DNA of 62,286 bases, filler included, from Callorhinchus milii (taxonomy: Eukaryota), in NCBI RefSeq assembly GCF_018977255.1. It is 3 parts of 3 records of this genome, joined end to end, with 100 filler letters (N's around TTAATTAATTAA, not from the genome) between each part and the next. Parts side by side here need not be neighbours in the genome. Positions count along the whole stretch, not along the records: positions 1 to 31,190 come from NW_024704849.1; 2 more parts are not named here. One strand, given 5' to 3'. Position 1 is the first letter of the stretch, and each line of letters starts with the position of its first letter. The notes below the pieces were generated by a model, which was not told the DNA's origin, searched no databases, and saw only the letters and a list, made by a program, of their open reading frames with translations. Made by a program: the position numbers and the translations under genes. Below are positions 12,365-25,357 of the stretch, one piece after another.

Positions 12365-13576
12365 GTTGGCTGCTGAGGTGTGGACAGATAATGGGATCTC
12401 TTCCTTTGTATATCGCTGTGTTGCTGCTTCAGCGACAACTTGTGAGGCAGCGGCTGATCTGACGTGTTGGATGGTTTATTTTGTACAATTGTAGGCGTTT
12501 CCCACTAACCAGAGGAACTTGAACTTGATCTGCTGGCGATTGGGAGCCAATGGGTCTGGGCTTGGATGGGAACATTGACAAACTTTTCATCCAATGTCAT
12601 TTCCCTTACAATGTATCATGTGAACCGCTTTGCGATGTCTGTAAGATGTGATCAGTCACTACATCAAATGAAAACGTTATTTTTATTTAAAACTTTATTA
12701 TTAAAGTGATTGCATTCGTTAAGTTGATGAATGGTTGAGACATGCAGCAGAGACTGAAGGGATAAAAGTTTACGTTCTGACATCAAGGCTGAGGTGACAA
12801 CATTTCTCTGTTGATGTTACTTTCTCCTGTGAGGATCACGAAGTTGATCTGCCGCGGATTGAAGGCGAGAGGTTCTGGGCCAGGATGTGAGTAGTCGCGT
12901 TTCACCCACTCACAATTTTGTTTTAAAGTATATTCTTTGAAGCGCTTTCAGACGCCTCCATGACGCAATATGGTTCCATATCAAATGCTCATTTTTATTT
13001 TCATTATTGATCTGAATGCATTCACTTGGTTGGTTTTGAACCAAGCAGCCCAGCTTTAGAAAAAAGTTTACTTTCTATCATCGTGGCTGAGGTGAAAATC
13101 TGCCTCTGTTACCGGTACTTGTTGTTATGAGTCTGAATGTTGTTGGTTTTGCACCCAGTTCGGCAGTTTCAGCTCACAGGCTATACGAGATAGTTCTTGA
13201 CTTCTTAAATTAACATGAACTAGGGCGGTTGTAATCTCTTTTTCAAACAAAACCAATATCAATGACCGTATTGTTCTTTACAAAAAATAACACATTTATT
13301 ACCGCAGTGAGATCCACATAAAGGCCGCTGCTTATGTGGCAGAAATACAACACATATAAAAAGTGACACAACTGATGCTTCTCGAGCAATGTAAGTTTTG
13401 TGCTAATCATTTTTCAGACAAGATTTTTACACTTCAGCTGAAGCAGCAACAGTGTTTATGAGTGAACTATGTCAACTGTAACAAGAAGCACCTGTTATTG
13501 CTGCCAAGTATGTTGGCTGCAGAAAGGAATGTGACAAGTTATGTCAGTCGGAGCTCATGTTATATATCTTTCCAAT

Positions 13577-13590
13577 GCGATATCTGCTGG
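13577..13590 (-). promoter_or_regulatory. Degenerate CTCF core CCAGCAGATATCGC
   Basis: Two mismatches; same module and position as the other copies. Confidence 0.4.
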
Positions 13591-13755
13591 CGGATTGCAG
13601 CTACAGCTTTTGTGCATTTGGAGACAGTTGATAGCAAACAGTTTTCGGCCCGTCATAACTTTCCCGTTATGAATTTCACTACGTAAATGCAAGTTAAGGT
13701 TTCTTATTTTTTACCCTTTTTTCAAAGAACAGGTGAAGACACTTCAACGTGCAGG

Positions 13756-14087
13756 TAATAATAATAATAATAATAATAATCCTTGCATTTGATATAGCGC
13801 TTTTCACGTCGGGAGGACGTCCCAAAGTGCTTCACTGAACATAATGTAAAGTGAATTGACTGTATATTTGTGGGCGAACGCGGCAGCCAATTGCGCACAG
13901 CAATGTCCCACAAACAGTCATGGATTGAAAATGAGCAATTTATTATTGTTTTTGGTTTTGGAGGGATTATTATTAGGCTCTGTGTGGAGTAAGGAAACTT
14001 GCCCAAGGTTTCGCCCTCTGCCTGGAATTGAACTCAGGTCTCTCAATTGCAAAGCGAGTGCTCTAACCACTGAGCTACAGGTCTCCC
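13756..14087 (-). mobile_element. Young SINE copy, near-identical to 11285-11613
   Basis: Reverse-complement match. Absent at the paralogous sites (~605 and ~20430). Confidence 0.88.
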
Positions 14088-14289
14088 AGAATGCAAAATA
14101 TATGAAGCTATTTCTGTGAAAATAACATGATCGTATTTAATAATAATAATCGTTGCATTTATTATAGTGCCAAACCACATCGTCGAAACGCCTCAAAGCG
14201 CTTTCCCGTGAATCGAACACACGTATCTCGCTTGCTTGCTGCTTGCAAGTTGTGTGCTATACCCAGTGAGCTACAGGACTCCACGTGGC

Positions 14290-14328
14290 AGTTTTTGTAG
14301 GGCAGAGCCGCTGATCTGTGCCTCTGTG
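14290..14328 (-). other. 23-spacer RSS (CACAGAG / ACAAAAACT)
   Basis: Heptamer 14322-14328, nonamer 14290-14298. Confidence 0.93.
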
Positions 14329-15135
14329 GGGCTCAGTGCACAGTAGTACGCCGCGGAGTCTGCAACTCTCACTTGGGCTATACTTAGTCGGACGGTTCTA
14401 CGACTTTCATCCAGTTTCGTTGAGAAACGTTCTTTTGCAAAGTCTGCATGTTGCGGTTGACCCCTGCTGTATGTCCAAAGGATATATTCTGGAGCTCTGT
14501 TGGGATAGTGACGGTACCAGAACAGATAGGGAGTGTTGCTTGTTGTTGTGTAATTACACTGCAGACTAACATCCTCTCCTTCATTCACTGTTAAAGCAGA
14601 TTCGAGCTGTGTCACCGAATCACCTCCACAATATCCTGGGAAACAGACACAATGCAACAACATTCAATACAATAATTATAATCACGTTGATAAAGCTATC
14701 AATTCATATAGCGACTTATCACAGCTTGGAGACGTCCAAGCGCTTCATGTCATTCACATTAAGTGTATTTTCTGGGCAAAGCACCGCATCGTATGCGCAC
14801 AGAAGTAACCGCTAACGAGTTCTGGATGGCGAGCACATATTATCACAGGTAATATATTTTTAAGGGATTATCACACCACAAAAGGCATCTGCGGATCGAC
14901 TTATTATCGGAAGCCCACGTACTGACAGGTCAACACCGGCGTGTGTGTGGAGTAAGGATACTTGCCAAAGGTTTTAACCTGTGCCGCTAGTCGACCGCCA
15001 AAGCCCTGCAGCATATTGGTTATTGTATGCAATAAAACATAAGCATTGGATTTTATTTGCAGGGACCAGACTTAACGAGTGAGTTTACCGCTTACCTGAT
15101 AAGGTAATGATCACTGCTGCCACATAGAGATACAT
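14329..15135 (-). CDS. V segment, family F1, open (leader 15096-15135; V exon 14329-14635)
   Basis: The first leader ATG is mutated (TCG); the second ATG gives MYLYVAAVIITLS-G. V exon ends DSAAYYCALSP, followed by a 23-RSS. Confidence 0.9.
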
Positions 15136-16498
15136 TATCGAATGTGTTTAATGGCAAGTGGCGTTGAGAGAGCGTTGATGGTGCAATTGGAGAATGTTTC
15201 CTGGGAGGCTGTAAGATACCGTGAGGAGAGCCAGACAGGAAACAACATACAGAAGTTGGCATATACAGTGATGGAGCAGGTCTGAGGGTTATGTACAAAC
15301 CTTGTGTCTCTGTCACTTTGCGTCATCCTCTCTGCTCTCCCGTCTCGTTCCTCCATTGGTTCTCATCCATCACTGATATATCTTAGTTCAGCTGAGTGTC
15401 TGACACCTGCAGCAAGTTATAACCATATTTAAGTGAATCGAAAACACATACATGGGTTCCACAAATGTTTGCCATCTGTGGACTCCTGTAGCTCAATGCT
15501 TATTGCTCTTGCCACATAAGCGGGAGATGTTGCTTCAATTCACGGCAAGGCGAAATGTTGGCCATCTTTCGTTACTTCCTAAACTCATCTGTTTACCTGG
15601 CTGTAAATAATAACCAAGTGCTTAGTCGATTATCGGCTTCCTTTCTGCGGATAATATTCTCGTTTCTTATTCAAAATGCACAGTCATACTTAACACTACA
15701 AATTACAGAAAACTATATGAAGCGCAATGACACACCGCAGAGACGACACAAGGCGCTGTTCCAAACGTTAAAGTTTGCTATGATACAGACAGTCAAACTA
15801 AGTTAGGACGAGGGATTCAGTGGACCTGATTGTGTGCAGATGCCTCGATATAGAACTAATGTGTGTGTCTCTGCCCCATTTAATTGCAAGTGTCCTTCAT
15901 GCCCCTTTCCGCTCTTGGCTTACGGGTTACAGCAGTTTGGGTACAAAACATACATTTGCTCGTCCAATTCACAGCTATTGTTTTGTACTGTTTATTTCGC
16001 TGAATGCGGCTTTATATTTTAACATTTATTTTTCTACAATGTGTGTCTGGCACACGAGGACAACCATCTCCCTGATTTTGAGTATCCACCTAAAAACTGT
16101 GCCTTATATTCATAAGCTTTCCTATTGATATTTCGTCCTATCACTTCTTCTAGACGTCTCAAGTCGTATCACTGTAATACCTTAAACTGCAGTGACTGAG
16201 TTTATTACGGCCGAAATTGTGCGTTTTGTGGATTCAACGGTTACGCCAATGTGGCACAACGGTGTCACACTGACAGTGATATGATCGATAACCTTTTTTT
16301 TGATTTTTTTAAGGAATTGTTGCTCCAGGAAAAGCGATCCGCTAATCGACTAACAGCCAAGATCCTACTTACTGCGGGACATACAGAGTCGTGAGGAGTA
16401 AGGAAACTTTCCCAACGTTTTGTCCTGCAGGTAATCGAACCCATTTACTTCGCTTGCGAGGCGAATGCTCTAACCATTGAGCTGCAGTGAACATAGAA

Positions 16499-16537
16499 TG
16501 TTTTTGTACAGGTCCCTCTTAGACACGGAGCACTGTG
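16499..16537 (-). other. 23-spacer RSS (CACAGTG / ACAAAAACA)
   Basis: Heptamer 16531-16537, nonamer 16499-16507. Confidence 0.93.
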
Positions 16538-16995
16538 CTCTCCGCACAGAAGTAAGTAGCGGTGTCTGACACTCGCAGGTGTTGGATTGTTAGAGTGCAG
16601 TTTCTCTGTCTTGTATTAGCCAAAGCGCTTATCCTGTCATTCTCACTGATGTCTCTTGTTCCCAAAACCAAGAACCGGATGGAACCGTTTCCATACTGTG
16701 TGTACCAATGAAAGGTTGGGCCGGACACAGTGGTGTTGCACTCCATAGATACGTTTCCATTTTCATTCCCTGTCACGGCCTGAGGTGACTGTGAAACATC
16801 ACTTTCAGCCAATACACCTGGAAAGATAACAGAAATCAATATACTCGCAAAGGTATTAGGAAAGTGTCTGCCGCGACAAACTATAAATATTTAGCAGGTA
16901 AAACGAATTTGTTTATCCAAATTCATTCACTACTTACACAAAAGCTTTATTGTTACAAACAAAATAATATACGTTGTGCTGAAAATCGGCTTCAT
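16538..16995 (-). CDS. V segment, family F2, open (leader 16938-16995; V exon 16538-16817)
   Basis: Leader MKPIFSTTYIILFVTIKLL-C with GTAAGT donor. SDVSQSP...MEC...WYTQY...DTATYFCAES. RSS with consensus heptamer CACAGTG. Confidence 0.9.
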
Positions 16996-18311
16996 TCTCA
17001 ACTCTCTTTGAATTACGTAAATATATCCGGATGAATTGCAACCAGAAATCATCTAAAGTCAGCGTCTGGTGGATAAACGTTTGTTCAATTGAGAGGTTGA
17101 CTCTTATTCCCGCGTCATTATTTTGTCCCTGTTCATTGCTGGAGATGTATTGCGACTCCTCCTATCGTTTATGTTCAGATTCCCTTCGCCTCGCAGTGGC
17201 AAACCACAATAACGAGTGAAAGAGACAATGTAGAGGGAGCTAGTTACAAAGACTGAAGCAAAGCTACAGATAAAAATAACAATAATCCTTGCATTTGTTG
17301 TAACCCCTTATCACATCGTTGAGGCGACTCAAAGCACTTCACAGAATATTATGTAAAGTTAATTGAGGAGATAATTTGTGGGAGCAGAACGGCAGATGTT
17401 CACGCACAGAGGCGGCCCACAAATATTTGTGGCTTGATTGACGAATTAACTCTTTTTAAAGAACTATTACCACGGAAATCTATCAGCCATTTGAGTAGCA
17501 ACCGGATTACTAATTAATGTAAGTTTAAACCAAGCCGTGTGGAGTTAGGATACGTGCCCAACATTTTGCCCGAATAAGAATCGAACCAATGTCACCTGCT
17601 TGCGTGGCGAGTGCTCTAGGCACTGAGTTATAGGGCCGAGATGTCCTTAGGAAAGTGACCAGATCTTGATATTTTGGCGATGCAGAAGAATGGTTTATCA
17701 GGAATTTTGCGATTAAGGGACAGAGATCAATAGCTTCTCAGGGTTCCGTAGAAACCAACGTTGCGATAGGTTAGGACATAACGAAGACATTTTCCAATAA
17801 TCCTGGGAGCTGAACAGTCGGGGATTCCTGATGCATCCTTATTTTTGTGGACTGATCACCTAGACTTGTAATAAACTGTAATCGCAATAAGCTATGTATC
17901 GAGTACATCTGTTTTTTGCTGAATGGAACGTACGATAGGAAATTTCCAGTATATTTTGTTTGCGAAACTCGGCAGCGAATTCTATGCAGCAGCGAACAGC
18001 AACAGTCTTAAATTGACCAAATTATAATTATTCATTTATGAAGGGAACATTCCCTACAAAACGTCTTTCCACCCAAGCGGCTAACAGTTGCATTCGAGTT
18101 AGTGGAGTAAAGAAACTTGCCTAAGCTTCCGCCTTCACCTGCCAGGGAATTGAACCCAGGTCCACTCGCTTGTGAGGCGAGTGTTATAAGCAGAACCATA
18201 CAGGACTCCACAGACTCTGTACACTACACTCCCTGTTATAATTATGGAAACACATCAGTCTGTTCAAACCACTAACTTAAATGTGTGAGACGAGGCCATG
18301 ATTCTCTGCTG

Positions 18312-18350
18312 AGTTTTTGTACTGGGAATCTGCTTTCCTATAACAGTGTG
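18312..18350 (-). other. 23-spacer RSS (CACACTG / ACAAAAACT)
   Basis: Heptamer 18344-18350, nonamer 18312-18320. Confidence 0.92.
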
Positions 18351-19166
18351 GGCTCCAGAGCACAGTGCTAAACAGCGCTGTCACCCACAACAGCACTAAG
18401 TATCTGCAGGTTAATTACTTTTTTCTCCTTGATCAGCTCGGCAGTGAAACGGTCAGGAGGGTTGTCTACATTTCCAGAGGCATATATCCTGAACAAGTAC
18501 TGAAGAGCTCCATCAGGATATTGTCTGTACCAGAAAGCAGCGTTTATTGTGGAATAACTGCAGTTCAATGTCACGATTTGTCCTTCAAAATCTTTTATCT
18601 CGGAAGGATTTTGGGTTACTACATCTTGCCCGCCGACTTCTGCAAGAAAAACAACACATTTTGCTCAGCAAAGTTCAGTGATGATTTGCAGTCATAATAA
18701 TTATAATAATTATACTATTTTCTGTAGCGCGTTATCACATGGTTTGCGCGTCTCAATGCTCCCGCAGAATATATTATTATGTGAATTGACTATATATTTT
18801 GAAGGAGAAACTTGGCAGCCAATTAAGCATTGCAGTGTCGCTCAAACCGTCATGAATTGATAGACGAAATGATTACTGATTTTTTTATTCTTTAATAAAT
18901 TATTACTCTCGTAAAGCTATCCCTGAAACAATTATCAACCGGGTTCCTACTTATTGCCGGTAAACAGAGGGTTGAGCTGTAAGCAATCTTGCTGGAAGTT
19001 TCGAGTTGCCCGAGAATCGATCACAGTTCCTCTCGCCTGTGAGGTGAATGCTCTCAACACTAAACTTCTGATATAATATAATGTAAAGGCCATGCACTGG
19101 ATATGTCCACTTATACTTACTGGCTATGGTGAGTATGGCTATCAATAACTGGCAGAGAGCTGTCAT
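18351..19166 (-). pseudogene. V segment, family F4, in-frame stop in the YYC motif (leader 19121-19166; V exon 18351-18639)
   Basis: DSAV-TAG-CAC-TGT-ALEP, with the stop at 18368-18370. The rest of the exon, the leader and the RSS are intact. Confidence 0.9.
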
Positions 19167-20256
19167 GTTGGCTGCTGAGTTGTGGACAGACAATCGGATC
19201 TCTTCCTTTGTATATCGCTGTGTTGCTGCTTCAGTGACAAGTTGTGAGGCAGCGGCTGATCTGACGTGTTCAGTGGTTTATTACCTCCAATTGTAGGCGT
19301 TTCCCACTCACCAGAGTATCATAAATTTGATCTTCTGGCGATTGGTAGCCAATGAGCCTGGGATTGGATGGGAGCAACGACTCGCCTTTCACCCACAAAG
19401 AATGTAATATACGTTATATTCTGTGATGCTATTTGAGACGTCTCGAATAGTAATGAGTCGCTGTATAAAGTGAAAAGTCTACTATCATTGCTATGATTGC
19501 TTTAGTTTGGCAGATTTTGAAGAAAGCAGTCTCACCTAAGCCATTAAAGCTTTCATTTCTATCATCGAGGCTAAGGTGACAACCTTTCTCTGTTGATGGT
19601 AGTTTCTATTGTGAGTCAGAATGTTGTTGGTTCAGGAGACAAGTCGGCACTTTGAGCTCAGTGTCTACGTTATGAATATTCGTGGGGAAATTAATGCGTG
19701 AGTATTGCTTTTTTTGTTTTGGCTCACAATGTGCAGTCACTGCTTCTTACAGAAATGCCATTTAAAGTCTTGGAACCGCATCCAACGTGAAAAGAGCTGT
19801 ACCAAAGGCAAGGTTATTGTTATTATTATTATTGTTATCGATGGCCAAACCTTCTTATCATTGCATCAAAACAAGGAATCTGCAAACTGAGATACCTAAA
19901 CCATATTAAACAAAGTCAGCTTTAATCTTCTTCTGCATTGAAACCAAAACAAGCGAACATATTGCTGCTAACAAAATGAAGCACATTTGTTCCCGAAATG
20001 AGAACTATTAAGTGCGGCTGCTTACTTGGGAGAAAGACAATAAAGCATAGAATCAGAAATTTAAATTGCTTCTTGAGTAACCTAAGGCCACGCCGTAGGC
20101 AAATCTTTGTAAATTACAGTTGATCCAGTAACAGTGTATAAGATGGAAGTATGTCACCTGTAACAGGAAGCAATCTGTTATTGCTGACAAGTCAATTAGT
20201 TACAGAAAGGAACCTGACAAGTTATCTGAGTTGCAGCTCAGCTTATATATTTTGGT

Positions 20257-20270
20257 GCACCATCTGCTGG
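20257..20270 (-). promoter_or_regulatory. CTCF core motif CCAGCAGATGGTGC (one mismatch)
   Basis: 13/14 match to consensus. Confidence 0.6.
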
Positions 20271-20849
20271 TGGATTGCAGCTAAAGCACGTGCACAGTTG
20301 GAGGCATTTGAAAGCAAATAGTTCGCAGCCAATCTTTTCTTTCCCAGTTGTGAATGTTGCTGTATAAAAGAAAGTTGTTGTTTCGGATGAACGTCTACTT
20401 ATTTAAACAGCACAGATGGACATGCACACGTGGCGAGACTCCCAGGAAAGCAAGACGTTTGAAGTTATTTATGTGAATGTAGCATTATTATATTTAATAA
20501 TGATAATAACATTCATTGCAGTAATTCACTTGGTATCGCGCCATATCTCGTATTCAAGACACTTCAAATCGCTTCACAGAATAGACTGTACACGAGTTGA
20601 CTGCATATTGTGTGGGTGAAACGCGGCAGCCAATTGCTCACATCAGTGTCCCACTGGATTGAGTGCACACTTCAGTATTAATATTATTGTTTTGAAGAAG
20701 TAATTACTTCTGGGAAATCGATTCGCCAATCAAATAACAACCGGGTTCCTTCTTTTACTGCTCGTTGAACAGAGTTGTTCGTGGAATAAGGAAACGTGCA
20801 CAAAGCGAGGCGAATCCTCTCTCTACTGAGCTACAGGACTCCACCTGAC

Positions 20850-20888
20850 AGTTTTTGTAGGGAGGAATCGTTGATCTGTGCCTCTGTG
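20850..20888 (-). other. 23-spacer RSS (CACAGAG / ACAAAAACT)
   Basis: Heptamer 20882-20888, nonamer 20850-20858. Confidence 0.93.
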
Positions 20889-21742
20889 GGGCTCAGTGCA
20901 CAGTAATACCCCGCGGAGTCTGTAAGTCTCACTTGGGATATATTCAAGTGAACGGCTCTCTCCTCGTTGGACACATTCGTTGAGAAACGTTCTTTTGCAA
21001 AGTCTGCACGTTGCTGCTTGTTATTCCTGATGTAGGTATTAAGGATATATTCTGGAGCTGTATTGGCATAATGACGGTACCAGAACAGATATGTATCGCT
21101 GCCGCTTGTAGCTGTGTAGTTACACTGCAGATAAACAGCCTCTCCTTCATTCACTGTCACAGTAGCCTGGAGCTGTGTCACAGAGTCTCCTCCACAATAT
21201 CCTAAGAACAAGACAGAAATCAGCGTTCAATACAACAACAACCTTAATAATAATACTATTACCTCTATTTGATACGACTCATCGTGTCTTCGAAACATTA
21301 CAAAGTACTTCACGGAAAACACTTTAACTGTATTTCTTCGGCCAATGCAGCTCCCAGTTATGCAGCAGCCCACAAACAGTCGTGGTTTGATTGAATGAAT
21401 CGTGAACAAAATCGTAGGGATTTTCCTACCATGAAAATCCATTCGCAAATTCACTTACAACGGATTCCTACAGCTATTGAAACAGAGTCGTGTGTTCGTT
21501 GTAACCAAATTCCCCTGAGGTTTCTCCCTGCCCAGGAATCAAACCCAGGTCCTCTCTCTTGCGATGCGAGTGCTATATCAACTGAGCTACAGGACACTAT
21601 AACGCCACAATTCTGTAGCGTTTTGCTTATCTAATGCAAGAAAATAGGCATTGGACAATATCTGCGGGATAGAGATTCTTGAGCTTGATGGCTTACCTGA
21701 CAAGATAACGATGGCGGCTGCCACGTAGATATACATTGTCAT
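20889..21742 (-). CDS. V segment, family F1, open (leader 21697-21742; V exon 20889-21201)
   Basis: Leader MTMYIYVAAAIVILS-G. V exon ends DSAGYYCALSP, followed by a 23-RSS. Confidence 0.93.
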
Positions 21743-22124
21743 ATGTATTTAATGGCAACGGGTGTTGAGAGAGCGTTGATGGCGTAGTTGGAGAATGTTG
21801 GCTGAGAGGAAGTACGATACAGTGATGAGCTGAATAAGAAATCATACACAGAAGTTGCCATATGCCGTGAAGGAGCAGGTCTGAGGGTTACGTACTAAAC
21901 TTGTGTCTCTCTCGTTGCTCGTCATCTTCTCTGCGCTGCCATCTCGCTCCTCCATTGGTTCTCTTCCATCACTGACATATCTCTGTAGGTCCGGGTGTCT
22001 GACACATGGAGCAAGTTACTCCCACCTTAAACTCCACCAATGCCTGTACATGAGTTCCACTTTTGTGTTCCCTTGAAGGACTCATCCTCATCAGTTAACG
22101 TTTCATGTCACGAGGCGGGACGAA

Positions 22125-22568
22125 CTTGACCTCTTCTCTTTGACGAGCCTTCATCTCCCTCTCCCCTCCCCCCCCTCCCCCCTCCCCTGACATTTCCTCG
22201 CTCCCTTCCTCATCACCTGACAATTTCCTCGCTCCTACTCTCAGGCATCTCCTCGCTCACTGACATCTCCTCGCTCCCTCACCTGACATCTCCTCCTCGT
22301 CCTTTCCTCACCCTGACTTTTCCTCGTCCACTTCGCTTCACCTGATTTTCTCCTCGTCCTTTCCTTCACCTGACCATCTTCTCGTCCTCTTCCTCCTCAC
22401 CTGACATTTCTCGTCCTCTTCCTCCTCACCTGACCTTTCCTCTCGCTCCACCTTCGCTCCTCACCTACTTTTTGCTCGGATCATGAAACTGTGCAGCGCT
22501 TGGATGTCTCTGAGTGAAGGCGCTTTATAAATGGAATCCTGTTGTTGTTGTTGTTGTTGTTGTTGTTG
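22125..22568 (+). mobile_element. L2-type LINE 3' end with an expanded internal ~20-bp repeat and (GTT)n tail
   Basis: CTTCTCTTTGACGAGCC (LF..AF-like end of ORF2), CCTCACCTGAC repeats, tail GCAGCGCTTGGATG...GGCGCTTTATAAATGGAATCC(TGT)n. Confidence 0.7.
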
Positions 22569-23956
22569 AAACAAGACTAGGGGCAGGTAAATCTCTGTTG
22601 GGCGACACTCTGATCATGTACTTATTAATTGTCTTTTATTACTCAGGTCCACGCTTGTTATGCCAACTATCCGATGGCAGGACAATCCCTCCTCGCCCTC
22701 CCTCCCCAGTCCCCAACCCCGCCTTTCACAAACAGCAGATTTTCACATCTCTTCTTCTAAAGTGACAGTAATCAATGCATTTGATACAGTTCCTGATCAC
22801 ATTACTGAGACCTCTCATAGCGCTTCTCAGTTTGTGCATTAAACAGTAGTGACTGTTTGTTATGTGGACTAAACGCGGCAGCCCATGTGCAGGCAAGTCG
22901 TCTCACAAGCAGTGCTGGATGTGGTGAGCACATTTGAAAAACAAGTCCTGTTAACAACCTCTCAAAAATTTATCCCTGAAACCGCGACTGTTGTGTGAAA
23001 TTGGTTCCCGAGGTGCGCCCATAAAATTCACAGTCACGACACATTATACTGTATTCTCTGCAGTGCTGTGAGGCATCGTGGAGACGAGATGAAGCGCTGT
23101 ATCAAATGTCAAGATTTATTGTGATATAGATGTTTAAAACGAGGTCGGACGTTGTATTAAGTGGAAGCCCCTGAGTGTGTGCAGACGGCTGGAAACTTTC
23201 TGCCAGTTTCTGTGTTGTACGATTTATTTCGCGGAATGTTCCTTCATACATAATCATATAGTTTTGTTAAACTGGTGTCTTACATATGTGGAAACCATTT
23301 CCATGCATATGATTATCTAAACCCACTTTGGGTTTTAATAAAAGGGCTTGTAATTAACATAACGATTTATCACTTGTCCGAGTCGACTGTACGGTCTTCA
23401 GAGGGTACCGTGTAAAGTGTATCGACAGTGTATTTTGTGGACAACACCCGGCAGCCAAGTGCATAGTGCAGCGTCTCTCAAACAGTCTTTGATCGAGTGA
23501 TCCATTTTGTTGATGGATTATTACACCCGAAAAAGTATCATCCAAACTACTATCAAACGTGTTCCTATTTCCGTCTATGAAACCAATAAAAATAAAAATA
23601 AACTTTGCATTTAATATAGTGCTTTATCATGTATTCGACGACACATAGCATTTGGTAGGTTGTACGGTGAAGTAAATTGACTGTTTATGTTATGGCCGTA
23701 ATGTCGCAGTCGTTTGCGCGCAGCAGTGTCCCACAAACAGTTGTGGATTGAAATATTTTCTCTATTTATAGGAATTATCACCATCGGAAAAGCGATCCGT
23801 CAATCAACTAACAACCATATTCCGACTTACCGCTGGATATACAGACGCATGTGGAGTAACGAAACTTGGCCAACATTTTGCACTGCCCGGTATTGAACCC
23901 AATTATCTCACTTGTGAAGCGAGTGCTCTAACCATTGATTTGCAGTAAAGCCAACA

Positions 23957-23995
23957 TGTTTTTGTACAGGTACCTCTTGGACACACAGCACTGTG
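23957..23995 (-). other. 23-spacer RSS (CACAGTG / ACAAAAACA)
   Basis: Heptamer 23989-23995, nonamer 23957-23965. Confidence 0.93.
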
Positions 23996-24455
23996 CCTTC
24001 CGCACAGAAGTAAGTGGCGGTGTCTGTCACTCGCAGGTCTTGGATTGTTAGAGTGCAGTTTCTCTGTCTTGTATTAGCCAAAGCGCTTATCCTGTCATTC
24101 TCACTGATGTCTCTTGTTCCCCAAACCAAGAACCGGATGGAGCCGTTTCCATACTGTGTGTACCAATGAAAGGTTGGGCCGGGCACAGTGGTGTTGCACT
24201 CCATAGATACGTTTCCATTTTCATTCCCTGTCACGGCCTGAGGTGACTGTGAAACGTCACTTTCAGCCAAGGCACCTGGAAAGAAGGCAGAAATGAACAT
24301 ACTCGCAAAGGAATTAGGATAGTGTCTGGCCGCGATAAACTGTAATTATTTTGCAGGTAAAAAAGATTTTTTTTATACAAATTCATACACTACTTACACC
24401 AAAGCTTTGTTGTTAAATTCAAAATAATATACGTTGCGCTGAAATTCTGCTTCAT
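23996..24455 (-). CDS. V segment, family F2, open (leader 24398-24455; V exon 23996-24275)
   Basis: Leader MKQNFSATYIILNLTTKLW-C. V exon ends DTATYFCAEG, followed by a 23-RSS. Confidence 0.9.
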
Positions 24456-25134
24456 TCTCGACTCTCTTCGATTCACGTCAATATAACCTGATGAATTGCA
24501 ACCAGAAATCATCTAAAGTCAACGACTGGTGGATAAACGTTGGTTCACTTGAGACGTTGACTCTTATTCCCGCGTCATTACTCTGTCTCTGTTCATTGCT
24601 GGAGATGTATTGCGACTCCTCCTATCTTTTATGTTCAGATTCCCTCCGCCTCGCAGTGGCAAACCACAGTAATGTGTGAAAGAGACAGTGTAGAGGGAGC
24701 GAGTTACAAAGACTGAAGCAGATAAAGGTAAAAATAACAATAACCCATATAACGCCTTATCTCGTCATTGAGAGGTCTTAAAGCGCTTCATGGAGTATAC
24801 TGTAAAGTTTATTGACTGCATAAGTTGTGGGACAGTGCGGCAGATAATTACGAACATACGTCGCCCACAAATACTTGTGGGTTGAATGACTTACTTAGCC
24901 CTTTTTTAAGGAAATGTTACCAGTGAAATCTATCAGCCATCTGAGTAGCAACCGGGTTACTATTCACTGCAATGTTAAACCAAACCGTGTGGAGTCAGGA
25001 TAAGTGCCGAAAAATTTTGCCCGAATAAGAATCGAACCGATGTCTCCTTCTTGCGAGGCGAGTGCTCTAACCACTGAGCTATACATCCAGATGTCCTGAG
25101 GAATGAGCCCAGATCTTGATAATAATAATTATTA

Positions 25135-25357
25135 GACAGAGCCTAATAATAATCCCTCGATATCCAAAAAGAATAATAAATTGGTCATTTTCAATCTACG
25201 ACTGTTTGTGGGACATTGCTGTGCGCAATTGGCTGCCGCGTTCGCCCACAAATATACAGTCAATTCACTTTACAGTGTGTTCTGTGAAGCGCTTTGGGAC
25301 GTCCTCCCGACGTGAAAAGCGCTCTATCAAATGCAAGGATTATTATTATTATTATTA
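25135..25357 (+). mobile_element. 5'-truncated young SINE copy
   Basis: Near-identical to the 3' two-thirds of 11285-11613. Confidence 0.85.

Noticed and set aside
16538-16817. F2 as an IgNAR-like V lacking CDR2
   Set aside because: There are 24 residues between the conserved Trp and the RIS strand, normal for TCR V-alpha and longer than in NAR V domains.
12770-19620. ~90-bp motif at ~12770, ~13065 and ~19545 as a V relic or regulatory element
   Set aside because: No Ig motif or RSS in any frame; explained as local duplication within the cassette.
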